Part shown: piece after piece, positions 25,641 through 37,606 of the stretch | How positions within the stretch are numbered: the stretch's first letter is position 1 | How the letters are laid out: every line of letters begins with the position of its first letter | Assembly (NCBI GenBank): GCA_973851085.1 | Contig: OZ316775.1 | Span: 16,120,001 to 16,184,000, forward strand | DNA length: 64,000 nt | Reading direction: 5' to 3' | DNA from: Ptychomitrium polyphyllum | Taxonomy: Eukaryota | Notes under the pieces: generated by a model | Database searches by the model: none | What the model was told of the DNA's origin: nothing | Seen by the model: the letters and a program-made list of their open reading frames with translations, nothing else | Made by a program: the position numbers and the translations under genes

Positions 25641-28600
25641 CCATATTACTTGCCACATATTAATATCAAAGCTTGGTATATCTTGAAAGAAAGCGAATCA
25701 CCCCTCTTCTTGAAAGCATTGTAGCATTATAGAGATTATGGACTATTTGCTTTTGGAATGATATTGCCTCTTGAATTTTCTTGAATTTTTTATTTATTTA
25801 ATAGTTTTTATCTATTTTCATTTCATTTCTATGCCAGGAGGTGAAGAAGTTAATATGTTTGATTGAAAGGAAGCCAAGTTGGATTCCAATATCAATGTCT
25901 TTGAAGCATTGAGGATTAAAACTAAGACTTTATCCAAGAAAAATGAAGAACTATATTTGGCCATATATAATGGTCAAAGAACAGAAGTATTGCAATTGTT
26001 ATTTCAAGTCAAATTAGATTTTTCATCATTTAGACTTGACTTAGTAGAATACGGACAAGTTCAAGCCGGCAATTCAATGTCAATGGCCAAGGAACCTAGA
26101 ATCAGCCTTTTGGAGAAGTTTGAAGATATGTATTCAAAATTCTGAGGCTTTGTAAACCAAGTTCAATTTGTTACCTTGCTTCAATCTTAATGGTATTCTA
26201 CGGACGCTTCACTCGTTGGTTTGGTAGGAACGTTGCTATCAAGACAAGCATTGTCCTAGTTTATACCACTTTTTAAGAAGAATTCTCCCATATTTAGTTA
26301 TTTTGATGCGTTCCTAATTGTGTTTGCAGAAGCATTTTGTGACCATGACAAACTCCGTTCTGCAACTACTAAGATTCTTGCTTTGTACCAAGGACCATGT
26401 TCTATGTTAACTTATGCATTGAAATTTCAACAACTTGTATGCCATATCAATTAGGGAGAAGAAGCATTGATGAGTCTAATTCAGTATGGCATATCCGGCA
26501 AGGTTAAGGATTTATTGCTATCTATACGAGACTTTGAAATATTTGATGAGGCCATCAGTCAAGCTTAGAAGTTTAATAACTATCTATTTCATCATTGACA
26601 AGATAAACAGACTTTGATTACGTCTCGGCCATATACCAACTTTTTAGTAGCTTTGGCTCCATCTACTTCTAACAAGTATTTGGAAACAGAAGACGTGCAG
26701 ATTAATGTAGTTTGTTTCAAGCTCCTTATCGAAGATGAAAAGAAGGAACAAAGGGAGCAAGGGTTGTATTTGTACTGTGGAAAATCTAATTACAAAAATT
26801 TGATAATTGCCCAAGAAAACCTCTACGTACATATTGGATGAGGGATACAACCACAATGCCAAATGTTTTGCAAAAAAATGAGAAAGTCCAGCCATAGTAG
26901 GAATTGTGCTGCTAAATCTGCTTTCTTTGTAAGAAAAAAAAAGTCCTGTCCTATCAACTCATCTTTCTTTTTGTTTTATTATACTTATTTGTTTTGATAT
27001 TCAAAGGCTCAAAGGCCTTGCTCTAATAGATTTATGAGTCTCTGCTTGTTTTATTGACAAATTTTTTTGAAATCCTATAGGTTTTTTTTTATTAAAAAAT
27101 CCAAACCTGTCCATGTAGAAGTTATAGATGGTCAACCATTATCCTTTGAAGATATTATTTATAAAACCAATCTATTAATAGTAATAGTGGATAATCATAG
27201 TAGCCAAGTGATATTTAATATCATTAGGTCTCTGTCAAATTCCATCATTCTAGAACTTTTTTGGCTCAAAAAATACAACCTGCAAATAAATTTAGCATCT
27301 TGCAAAATAGAATTTTCAACATTAAAACTTGTAACTTCTAAGCCTGGAGAGGAACTGAAGTATCTTATAGATTTAAGACCATAAAGCTTCTCTTTATTAG
27401 TGTTAGAGCATTTGTGAGAGCAACAAAGACTAGCGCTTTTTTTATTGTATATGCAACTCAAATGTTCAAAGTTGTGGCTTCATCATCAACCATTCCAAAA
27501 AAGTATAAGGAATTCAACGATATATTTGAAAAGAAAGATGCAAATACCCTATCAGAACATTGTTCCTACAATTCTGCCATACACTTCCAAAACAATGCCC
27601 AACCACTATGTAGATCTATCTATAATTTATTCCAAAATGAGCTTTTGGCACTAATGTAGAAATTTGATGAAAACTTAGCCAAGAACTTCATTGAATATTC
27701 AAAGTCTTTTGTTTGTACTCCCATACTTTTTGTAAAGAAAAAAGATGGATTTTTACAAATGCATGTCATTTACCACGGCTTCAATAAAGTGATGGTGAAG
27801 AACCCATGTTCATTGCCATTGATATTTGGGCTTATTGATCAATTTGCCCAAGAAAAAATCTACACCAAAATAGACCTGCGAAGAATCTACAACTTGGTGC
27901 GCATCAAAGAAGGAGACAAATGGAAGATGGATTTTTGAACAAGGTATGGACATTTTGAATACAATATCATGTTTTTTGGACTTTCCAACACACCTGCCAT
28001 TTTCCAGCATCTAATGAATGAAATATTTTGGAAGTATCTCGATGATTTGCCATATGTTATTTGGATGATATCTTGATTTATTCAATGAATCCAAATAAAC
28101 ATGAATGACATATCCGCATAGTCCTACAAAAGCTACAAGATGCCGATTTGTATGTCAAGTTGGAAAAATATGTATTCCACAAGCCTTAAATGAAATTCCT
28201 TAGATGTATCATCTCCAACAAATGACTATTAATGGATCCAAAGAAGGTAAAAGCAATCAACGATTGGACAAGGCCATTTTTAATACGAGATGTTTAATGC
28301 TTTCTTAGATTTGTAAACTTCTATAGGATCTTCATCAAGAATTATTCTCAAACAACTACACTACTCACACAATTAATATGCAAGGAAAACCTTGAATGGA
28401 GATCCGATGCTGAGGATGCATTTCAAAGTTTGAAGCAAGCTTTTACCACAATTTCTATTCTAGTCCATCCAGACTTTTTAAAACAATTTTATCTTGAGAT
28501 AGATGCTTCTGATTTTGCATTAGGAGCAGTTTTGTTGTAATAAAGAGGAGAAGAGAAACTCCATTTGGTTGCATTTCATTTAAAAAAAAATTTAGCTACA

Positions 28601-29963
28601 GAAATCAGCTACAAGATCTACAACAAGGAATTCCTAGTAATTGTGGATTCCTATAAGAATGGTGCCACTTGCTTAAAGGCGCCATGCATCCGACTATTGT
28701 ACATACAGACCACAAATAATTACAATATTTCATATTAGCCCGTGTTTTGAATTGCCGCTAAGTTTGTTGGAGTATGTTGTAATTTTGATTTAATTTCTAC
28801 ATTACAAATTGATTCGGAAAACAACAAGGGTTGTTTGATGCTTTGTCAAAGTAGTCATATTTTGCGCTAAGGAACGGAGAGACAACACACAATAAAAAAC
28901 TAGCAACTTTGTTGAAGCCCAAACGATTTTGTATATGCACAACCTCCATTTCACCTCCAATGGATTCATCATTTCTTGACCAGGTTTGTGTAGCACCTAC
29001 AACTGACCTTTTTGTTCTTGATATCATACGTTGTTTCAACAACCTTTGTAAAGATGTGTCTAAGTTCGAATTTGAAGACAAACTTCTATACTATGAAAAA
29101 CATCAATATATTTTTGAAGGACCAATCTGCCTTTGTGTACTTCAAACATGTCATGACTTCCTATAGCTGGATATTTTGGATTCAACAAGACTTTGGAACT
29201 CTTCTCAGGAGATTTTTTGTGGCTTCAAATGTAGAAGGCCGTTAATAAATTTGTACTCTTGTGTAATACTTGTTCTTGGTTGAAGAACCCTCAACACCGT
29301 TCATATGGACTTTTTCAACCATTGCCTATTTCAAAGCAATTGTGGTTGTCTATTTCCATAGATTTCATTAAAAATCTTCCACTGTCATTTTCTTTAGATG
29401 CCATCTTTATAGTGGTAGATCAGTTGACCAAGATGACATATTTTATACCTTGCAAGTAGACAATTATGGGTGAAATAACTGCCACACTCTTTATTAATAA
29501 TGTCTACTGCTACCATAGAATATCCAATGATATTATGTTGGATTGTGGGCCATAGTTTGTATCAAGATTTTGGAAGTCATTCTTTGAGATCCTTAAGGTG
29601 GACATAAAACTTTCTTCTGCCTTTTATCTTCAGACCAATGGCTAAATAGAGTAAATCAACCAAATCTTAGAATAATATTTGAAATGTACAATCAATTACC
29701 AAGAAGATGATTGAACTTCCTACTTGATATTGGTTGAGTTTGCCCACAACAACACCACTCATGCTTTCACCCAAAAAATATACCATTCTATTCCAACTAT
29801 GAACATCATCTAAAAATGGATATATTACAGCTTCTACGATTTTAGAATTTAACAACAGAGGAGTTTGCTACAAAGATGGCAAAACTTTAAGCAACCATGA
29901 AGATTCAATTAAAAGAAATTCGAGAACAATATAAAATGGTAGTAGATACAACAAAAAAAGAAC

Positions 29964-30596
29964 TATTAGGGACACAAGAAATAAGAAGCAAAAACAAAGT
30001 GTTTTCCATGAAGTAACTTCCAAAGAGCTACTTCATAGAAAACACTTCGTTTCTGCTTCTTATTTTTTGTGTCCCTAACAATTTGGCAGGACTAAGGAAT
30101 ACCTTGTCTTGCCTCCTATTTATACTATGACTTTTGTATCTCCTAGGATACTTCTAAAGAAGCTTCCTACAAGACTTAAGAATGTTTTAGAAGTCTAGAG
30201 AACCTTCCCAAGAAGTTTCCTAAGATGTTGGAACCTTCCTTGGAAATTCCCTAAGGTAGCAGAACCTTCTTAGGAAGTTTCTTAAAGAGATAGAACCTTC
30301 CTAAGAAGTTTCCTAAGGTAGTGGAACTTTCCTAAGAAGTTTCCTAAGATCATGGAACCTTCATAGGAAGTTTCCTAAGGTGATGGAATCTTCGTAGGAA
30401 GTTCCCTGAGAAATTACCTGAGATGATGGAGCCTTCATAGGAAGTTTCTTAAGGTGGAGGAACTTTCTTAGGAAGCTTCCTAAAAACATGAAAAGGCTAT
30501 GGAGACATTTAAAAGTATTATAAGAAACTATTATAATATACTAAAAGATTCTAGAATGTTTTTAAAGACTATGTTACATGATCTATGTCCGTGACA
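29964..30596 (-). mobile_element. Solo LTR no.1 nested in the integrase region
   Basis: Termini tattaggg...gtgaca (TG..CA with one transition), degenerate 5-bp TSD agaac/ggaat, minus-strand TATA (TATAAATAGG, ~30113-30125) and an internal ~30-bp tandem array. The host integrase reads through once the insert is removed ('VDTTKKE|RPPF.FGKKVWLL'). Confidence 0.88.
30198..30483. repeat. ~30-bp tandem array inside solo LTR 1 (consensus ~ggaaccttcctaggaagtttcctaaggtggt)
   Basis: About 9 diverged, internally quasi-palindromic units. A homologous array lies at ~31246-31517 in solo LTR 2. Confidence 0.85.
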
Positions 30597-30997
30597 GGAA
30601 TGACCTCCATTTTAATTCGGTAAGAAGGTGTGGCTCCTTTGACAAAATATAAAGATCAATAAGCTATGTGACAAGTTGGACTATCGCAAGTTGGGACCAC
30701 TTGCAATCAAAAAATAAATCAACCACGTGGCATATTGTGTGGAACTACCAGCATCAATGAAGGTATATCCCATCTTTTAGTTTTCACTATTGAAAGTTAA
30801 TAAGAAATCAAATATCCCTGGACAAAGGCAGTTTCCACCATCTGTGGTCAAAATCAATGATTATCATGAATTAGCAGTGGAAGAAGTGTTTAATTTATGG
30901 ATAAGACGTAGGAAGTTGGAATACTTGGTTCATTGGCACGGATATGATATTAGTAAATACACATGGGAGCCAGCTAATAATCTTGCCAATTCACTAG

Positions 30998-31618
30998 TGT
31001 TAGGGACATAAGAAACAAGAAGCAGAAAAGAAGTTTTTTCTAAGACTTAGCTTTCAAAGAGCTAATAATTAATAAAAACTTGATACAAAGACTAAAACAA
31101 AGCAGGATACAAGATGATCTACAACTTGTGTTGGCAAAACTAAAGAATATCTTGTCTTGCCTCTTATTTATACTATGACGTTTGTATCTCTTAGGATACT
31201 TTTAAAGAAGCTTTTTATATGGCTTAATAATGTTTTAGAAGTCTATGGAACCTTCCAAGAAATTTCTTAAGATGTTGGAACCTTCTTAAGAAGCTTTCAA
31301 GGAATTAAAACTTTCCTCGGGGATTTTCTAAAATAGTGGAACCTTCTTAGGATGTTTCTTGAAGAGCTAGAACCTTCCCAAGAAGTTTTCTGAGGTGATG
31401 GAGCCTTCTTAGGAAATTTCACGAGGTGGTGAAACTTTCTTAGGAAGTTTTATAAGATGATGGAATCTTCCTAGGAAGTTTCTTAAGGTTGTCGAACTTT
31501 TTAAGGAAATTTCCTAAAATGTAGAAATGGCTATGAAGACATTTGAAGTTTTATAAGAAGCTACTATAATATACTAGAAGGTTCTAAAAACTATGTTGCA
31601 TGATTTATATTTGTGACT
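30998..31618 (-). mobile_element. Solo LTR no.2 (same family) nested just after the chromodomain core
   Basis: Termini tgttaggg...gtgact, TSD actag/actaa, colinear with solo LTR 1 except for the ~70 nt following the left-terminal 60 nt. Confidence 0.88.
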
Positions 31619-32134
31619 ACTAATAAATGTTTGTGGGTTCTATGGATAACATCCATCCAAACCAAAAATAACAATATAAGGAATAATGGTTCAATAAAGT
31701 TGTGCAACCTTGAAGACTCTTGATGCTTGGGCTTTTAAGTAGGAGAAAAAAGAATTCTTAGATTATAGGTTTTCAGAATCTAAACATGATTTAAAAATTA
31801 GTCGTTTGTATTTTGAAGTTTATCATAGTTCTTTGAAAATATCTCGGTATATTAGATATAGATAATCAAGATGTAGATACTATACCAGTGGTATCAACTC
31901 AATCAAGTGGCTCTTATCAACGACCTTGCGACAAAGAATAGATTGAATAAAAAAGATGTGAAGGATATCTAGCAATAGATTGTTGGTGATTGTCTTTGCA
32001 GTAGAACCAACTTATGAAAGTTATCCAAAAATAATGTTTGAAAGAATTTTTTTTAATAAAGATACATAAATTTTGACTTTGAGTACTTAATGCGACATTC
32101 TTTTAGGAGACCTTGGAGCTAAAAAGGAAGGTGA

Positions 32135-32413
32135 TGTTACGGACATATGTATAAAAACATCTAAAAAGGTTCTTAGAAGGTTTGGGAAACTTCTAAGGAA
32201 GTTACTTTGACTTAGGAAGCTTCCAAAGAAGTTGCCTTGGCTTAGAAAGCTTCCAAAGAAGCAACTCAAGGTTGCTTGAGTCCAAAGCGATATAATACAA
32301 GCTTCTCAAGAAGCTTCTAATACTTGTAGTATTAATATATATAGGAATCAAGGTTAAAGGAATCTTCAATCTCGACAACACATCTGTCGCAACCTTTGTA
32401 ATGCACCTTAACA
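32135..32413 (+). mobile_element. 3' LTR of the host gypsy element (short, ~280 bp)
   Basis: Preceded by a purine tract aaaaaggaaggtga. Termini tgttacggacata...ccttaaca, TATA-like atatatatagg and short gaagcttccaaagaag repeats. Its start resembles the reverse-complement start of the solo LTRs (tgtcacggacata). Confidence 0.7.
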
Positions 32414-33600
32414 AACATCACACGCGTCAACCTTGTACACCCTCACATGCACATGGTTAACCTCCATTTTCACTCTCCAAGTTCCTCTACTATTTTTCTT
32501 AGGACATTCAATTGATTAGTAGCCATTGATTAGGTGCGGACTTCCATTCATGTCCAAGGCCTCAATTGGTGTTACTCTCATTCTACATGGCTTAACCGCA
32601 CTTAGTGGTGTCTCTTCACCACCACTTATGATCTCCATGCAATCCTAAGATCACCCCGGGCCATCATGGTGCCTGCGTGAAGACACCACCCCAATTTAGT
32701 GGTAATAAGCGTGCCCTTTTGATCTTACTAGTTCCCTTTGTGTAATCAGTCATCCACCAACTCACAATGGTGTGGGAGTCCCCATGGTGAAGCCCCAACA
32801 CTAGTTCCACCAACCGGGGCTCACCTTTGATTCCTATCAAGATACTAGGGGAGTGGGGAGGAGGACCAACCATCCTTTATAATACTCTCTGTGGGATTTA
32901 GCAGGCCCTCCGGCCCTCTGTAGCTGGCTGAATCCTAACACACTCAAAACTTTGGAAGACCATCCGATCTCTCTTGGGACTTAGCTGCTGGAAGCGTCCA
33001 AGACTTCCTGCGGACCTTTAGGGAGCCATATCTTCTATGTTTGGTGTCTAAATCTATCAAGCGACCACTCTATCGTCATTTACTCTTTGCATAGATGCCA
33101 ATAGACTCCTCAAACGTTCAATTTGATTTAGTATTCTGGGAGATATGTCTTTCCTAAGATTCGGGACTCTTAGGGAGTCTCTCCCTGGACTGTTCCAGTC
33201 TAGTACAGTCCTTGTCTAGGGCTGCCACAGTCCAGAACAGCCCCTTGGCAACCCCAACTTTGGGATGCCATAACTTTTAGCTTCCTTGTCCGATTTGAGC
33301 AATCTTTAGTATTCTAGAATCAACTCTTTGTAAGTCCTCCAATACCTAGGATTTCTCCTTTGTGGCCCTTGGTCTACATGGGCAAGGATAAATCTCCTCC
33401 TCGGGGTCTTTCCCACGTTAGGTCCACTCAGTTCCTCCCACTATTGATGCCACAAGTCTCGAACATTACTTCGGAGTCCCTCTTATGCCCTTAGTATTGC
33501 GGGCACTCCTGAAAGAGAAGTGCGCAACAACATCTCTTGTAGTCTAGCTCAGACTTTCTAATATACCTTAGACATATCTTGTTCCACTTTCTAATATCCC
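32414..33600. mobile_element. Probable fragment of another retroelement (non-coding or decayed internal region)
   Basis: Distinct C/T-rich block abutting the LTR end, bounded by AT-rich DNA, with no intact ORF or splice pattern. Family not recognised. Confidence 0.3.
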
Positions 33601-34453
33601 AAAGCCTTATTTTATTACTCTATTTGTTATAGATATAATAATAAAAATATATTTTATTGCATGTTTGTTGTTATATTTTGAATGTTGTAATTGTAATGTA
33701 ACCATTGAATTATATGATTTGAATGTATGTGGCTAAAAAATGCATTTTTAGCTATATATTGTATATAATTGGTTGTAAATTATTACCACAAATTACTTGA
33801 ATATTATGGAAGTTGTGGTTAATATCACATAATCTATGATGTATGTTTTAATTTATACCTATCTACAAAATGTGTCATTGTTACTATCTATATGCACAAC
33901 ATGCTTATATGTAGCAATAGAATTTTATTTACTTTAAGGTTGCATTGGTGTGGTAAACTACTTTTCAATTATCCTTCTATAAGTTAGTTACTACCTTGGA
34001 TTAGGTTCTTTACAATAACAAAGTGCTTAAGTATATGTAACACCAATAGTATTGACAAGGAATCATTTTAATATATCAAATTAAAATGGAACAAGATAGT
34101 TTCTAAATGACATAATATATTAGTGCCAAAGCTTGTAGAAATTGCATTATAAGTTATTATTGATGATATACTTGTATAATACAAAGATAAGTACCAAGTA
34201 GAGAGATTTTACATGCCAAGAATTCCACAAATGTTGGTGTCAAAATATGAGCTTTTGCCTAATGCAATTCTAAAATATATTTGCTCATTTGATATTTAGA
34301 CAAGTGCAAGGTGGAATTCCTTCAAAGATGAGTCTTTAAGCAAAAGAGCAAGTATGTAAGGTGAGCAAGTAATCAAAAGCCTCATGTTAAGCTTGACAAT
34401 TAAAGGTACAAAGTGATAATGGTCTATTTTTATACCATTATATTTCTATTTCT

Positions 34454-34521
34454 TAAAATTTTGATCAAAGATATCTAAACAAGTAGTATCTAAAATTTTG
34501 GTCAAAGGTATCTAGACACGT
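34454..34521. repeat. 37-bp-period tandem duplication
   Basis: taaaattttgatcaaagatatctaaacaagt / taaaattttggtcaaaggtatctagacacgt. Confidence 0.8.
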
Positions 34522-37500
34522 TCAAGCTTGCAGGTTTTTTTGGTCTGAAATACTACAGTTCTAACTTACAAGCTTGAAAGCGTGTTCAAATTGTAGAATA
34601 GACATTGCAATACTTTTTTAAGTCTGTATAATGCAACAACCGCATATGTATGTTCAGCTACGATATAAAATTACAAGTTGACAGCATGTTGTTCTAAGGA
34701 GGAGAAGTTGCTTTATACAGTCGCTTCGTGATTTCAAAAGTGTAAATGGAAGATGGTTGGGGTTAAAAAAATAACGTTGAATCATGGAACAAGATCGACA
34801 ACTAGGTGGGAGCTTCATGTTGGCGCTAGAGTTTTAGTTCCCATGCCCATGTGGCACGGTCGTTATTGACAGGGAAAGGCCTGGACATTGTTGATTCTTC
34901 AATTGCATACCCTCGTTTCCAAATATGGCTCTTTGGTCAGCCCACTCAGTCCAGCCCGGAGTTTGGTGCATTCTTCAATGTTGTCTGACGAGATGTTTCA
35001 TCGAAGTGTCCGGGATCTATCCATCTCCTCTTTGAAGTATGAAAACACATTAAAGCATAGAATCCTTTGATCATGTTTTAATATTAGGATGTTTATAAAT
35101 ACAAGCATTCCTTGCATTAACCAAGTCTGTGTTACGAGTGCTTGATTTGGCTCATTTGAGTGAATCATGATCGCAGAGTAGCATGGTAGTGTTTTGTCTG
35201 TGAAACTATGTATTTCTAAATTGCAATTAAATTTTCTGCCCTACTCTATCAGATTCTACAAGGGTTTTTCTGATTATTAACTCGTTTATGCATGTTTTGG
35301 GAGGTTATAACTGAAACACTTCAAATTTACAGTATTGTCATTCTTGATTCGGCTGTGCAACTATTTCAGGCTCTGCTCGTCCCGTCCTCCGAGAGAGCTT
35401 CTCATTGTATGCAGATGTCCAAGCATCTTTTTTCTGACAGGGTTTTCGGATGTGTAATATCCATGCACTACTAAAGTAATCCCTAGAGTTGAGACCAGAC
35501 CTAATTCCAGCAGAAGAAAATTCTCATTTTACCTTTTAAAGAACTTTAATTAAGAAAAGGCACTTTCTTTCATCATTTGTGCAACTTCCACAGTAACAGG
35601 TCCACCTGAGCTTTCTCTAGGTGGCCACAAGTCTCAGACTGTATCAGTTAAATTACAACACAATTCACCAACGGCAGCAGCTGAGCAGCAGCTTCGTGCG
35701 AACCATCATCTAGGGCACTGGTGCAGCATTCGGAGCAGACCCGGGACCGCACCAGTTGGGAGTTCAGCGAGCCTCCGAAATGCACCCAATGCTGAAGCAG
35801 GGACTGATACAACTCACGAGACGTACAGAGAATGTGCTTTTGCCAGCCAGCCAGACCAGAGTGTTGTGTGAGTTGCGTCGAAGTGGCGATCCAAATCTCA
35901 AGGAAAAACATTTTAATATCTACTTTCGTGAGCTCCTGTCTATTTTAGCTCTAGCAAATTAGTTCTCATCACCTGATCTAATTTGAATTTATGCCAGATT
36001 TAAGTAATGATTAGGATGCGTATACTCTAGAAACCTCATTAACTCAAAGTTCTTCGTTTCTCAATATCTGGGTGGGACCAAGGAGGTGTGAGCTACCGGT
36101 ACATGATATAATGTGAGGTAGGTGTGAAGAATATTTGTCCCTCTGGAATGCCTCTTGTGTGCCAGTCAGAATCCTCATCAGTTGATGATCTAGGTAATTT
36201 TATAATCAAAATTGGACTCATGTACTCACTTAAAACTTGAAATGGATGGCAGATGGAATGATCATCCAAGCTCTGGGATGTTATAAGTGCTCTCTTTTGT
36301 CAACCAAAGGGACAAATATTTAACATCATGCGAGGCTGTAGGAGCCCCGGATGATGGTCTGCTTTGTTGTGACACTAAAGCACGAAGCTCAGATACCAAA
36401 GTGTATCTCAACACGACTGGTTGACCGAGTCTTACCCCTTCTAATATTGAGGAAGCCTCGAAGCTTGCAAAGAATGTTCGTAAGAATATTTTTCACCTCA
36501 GGATGAGGGGAGCGATGACGCCCTGTTGAATGATGCCTTCCTACAAATGTAGGAGAATGTCATCAAAAAGGGCGTCAATTTTCTGTCATTTCTCCCTCCT
36601 CAGTCTTTAGGTGAATTTAATAACCTGTGCAGCCGAGCATCCAGCATCAGAATTTTAGGCAATGGTAGAAATTACTTTCCTATGAACTACCTCCTGATGC
36701 GTGTTCGGTAAATAATGATAAGCGGGTTTAGAAGAGATTAATGAGAGTACCCAAGTACAAATTATGTTTAGTGCCGCTCCCCAGCTCCTGACGAGCTGTA
36801 ACTCTGTAGTGTCTGGGATCCAAATCCAATGCACAAGGAGCTGCTGCATGAAGGGCGTGTCTTCCATGATAAGTCAAGGTCCATTCTTGACTTAGATCCT
36901 CAACCCCTGATGACACCTCTGGCCTGTGACAATGTGCCAAATGACCCTTCTGGCCCTGCTCTGGAAAGTGCACCGTAATATCTAAGTTGGTAGTAACCGA
37001 GATCTTATGCAGACAGTGCACGCCTGGACGAATGAATTGATTAAGTGAAGTGGTTTCAAGCCAGTGACAGAAATCTTTTGTCTTGCCCATGTGAATTAAA
37101 CCAACATTGATTCATGTGGTCGGGTGTGTTGGAAGCCAAATTATTCTATTTCCCTTGAAGAATAACGCATCATAAAGCGACTGGTTTAAATCATCATTTG
37201 TATGCAGCGTTCAGTAAAACTTCTATGAACATCCTTTGATTTTGTCCACGGTGGACCCACTAGTATCATGTTCTAGTGGAAGGTGGACCTTGATAGACAG
37301 ACATGATGTTGTATGAGCTGCTGGCTGTCTCCTCATCCTCACGAGTACCACTATATATTCCAAAATGATATTCATTGTGGCATCACCTTCCGAGTCGGCT
37401 CTTTCATTGTTCTCAACGTATTCAGCGTCCTCGGGACTCCTCCTCAGCTAAGACCTGTTCTTGGAATCAATAATCACTAGTGGACAGGGAATTTTTGTGT

Positions 37501-37606
37501 CTGGTAGCGAATCCTGGTCATTGGTGAAGCAGCTCTCCTTCTTGCATAGTCAAGAACACCTCAGTTCTCTCCTTGTGTTGGTTTTTCAGGGAGAAGAATT
37601 ATTACG

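Larger units (their letters stand above)
25661..32413 (+). mobile_element. Decayed Ty3/gypsy chromovirus LTR retrotransposon (gag-PR-RT-RNaseH-INT-chromodomain)
   Basis: Eroded tRNA-Met PBS taatatcaaagc (cf. tggtatcagagc) at 25661. Gag 'KEPRISLLEKF..SKF*GFVNQV' (~26090). Zn-knuckle remnant 'LYCGKSNY' (~26770). Protease 'ALID..VSACFID' (~27020). RT 'YLDDILIYS' (28058). RNase H 'DASDFALGAVL' (~28500). Integrase 'SISIDFIKNLP..DAIFIVVDQLTKMTYFIPC' (29345-29459). Chromodomain 'EYLVHWHGYDISKYTWEPANNL' (~30920-30985). PPT then 3' LTR. Numerous stops and frameshifts. Confidence 0.93.

Noticed and set aside
30198..31517. Regular ~30-bp palindromic repeats resembling a CRISPR array
   Set aside because: No unique spacers. 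They are tandem units inside LTRs in eukaryotic DNA with no cas genes.
29964..31618. LTR-400bp-LTR as a single TRIM-like element
   Set aside because: The outer flanks do not match as a TSD, each LTR has its own TSD, and the internal part is host integrase without PBS/PPT.
37245..37280. gtccacggtggac palindrome followed by CTAGT as a Helitron 3' end
   Set aside because: The hairpin is too short and too close to CTAG, and no matching 5' end or Rep/helicase remnant was seen.
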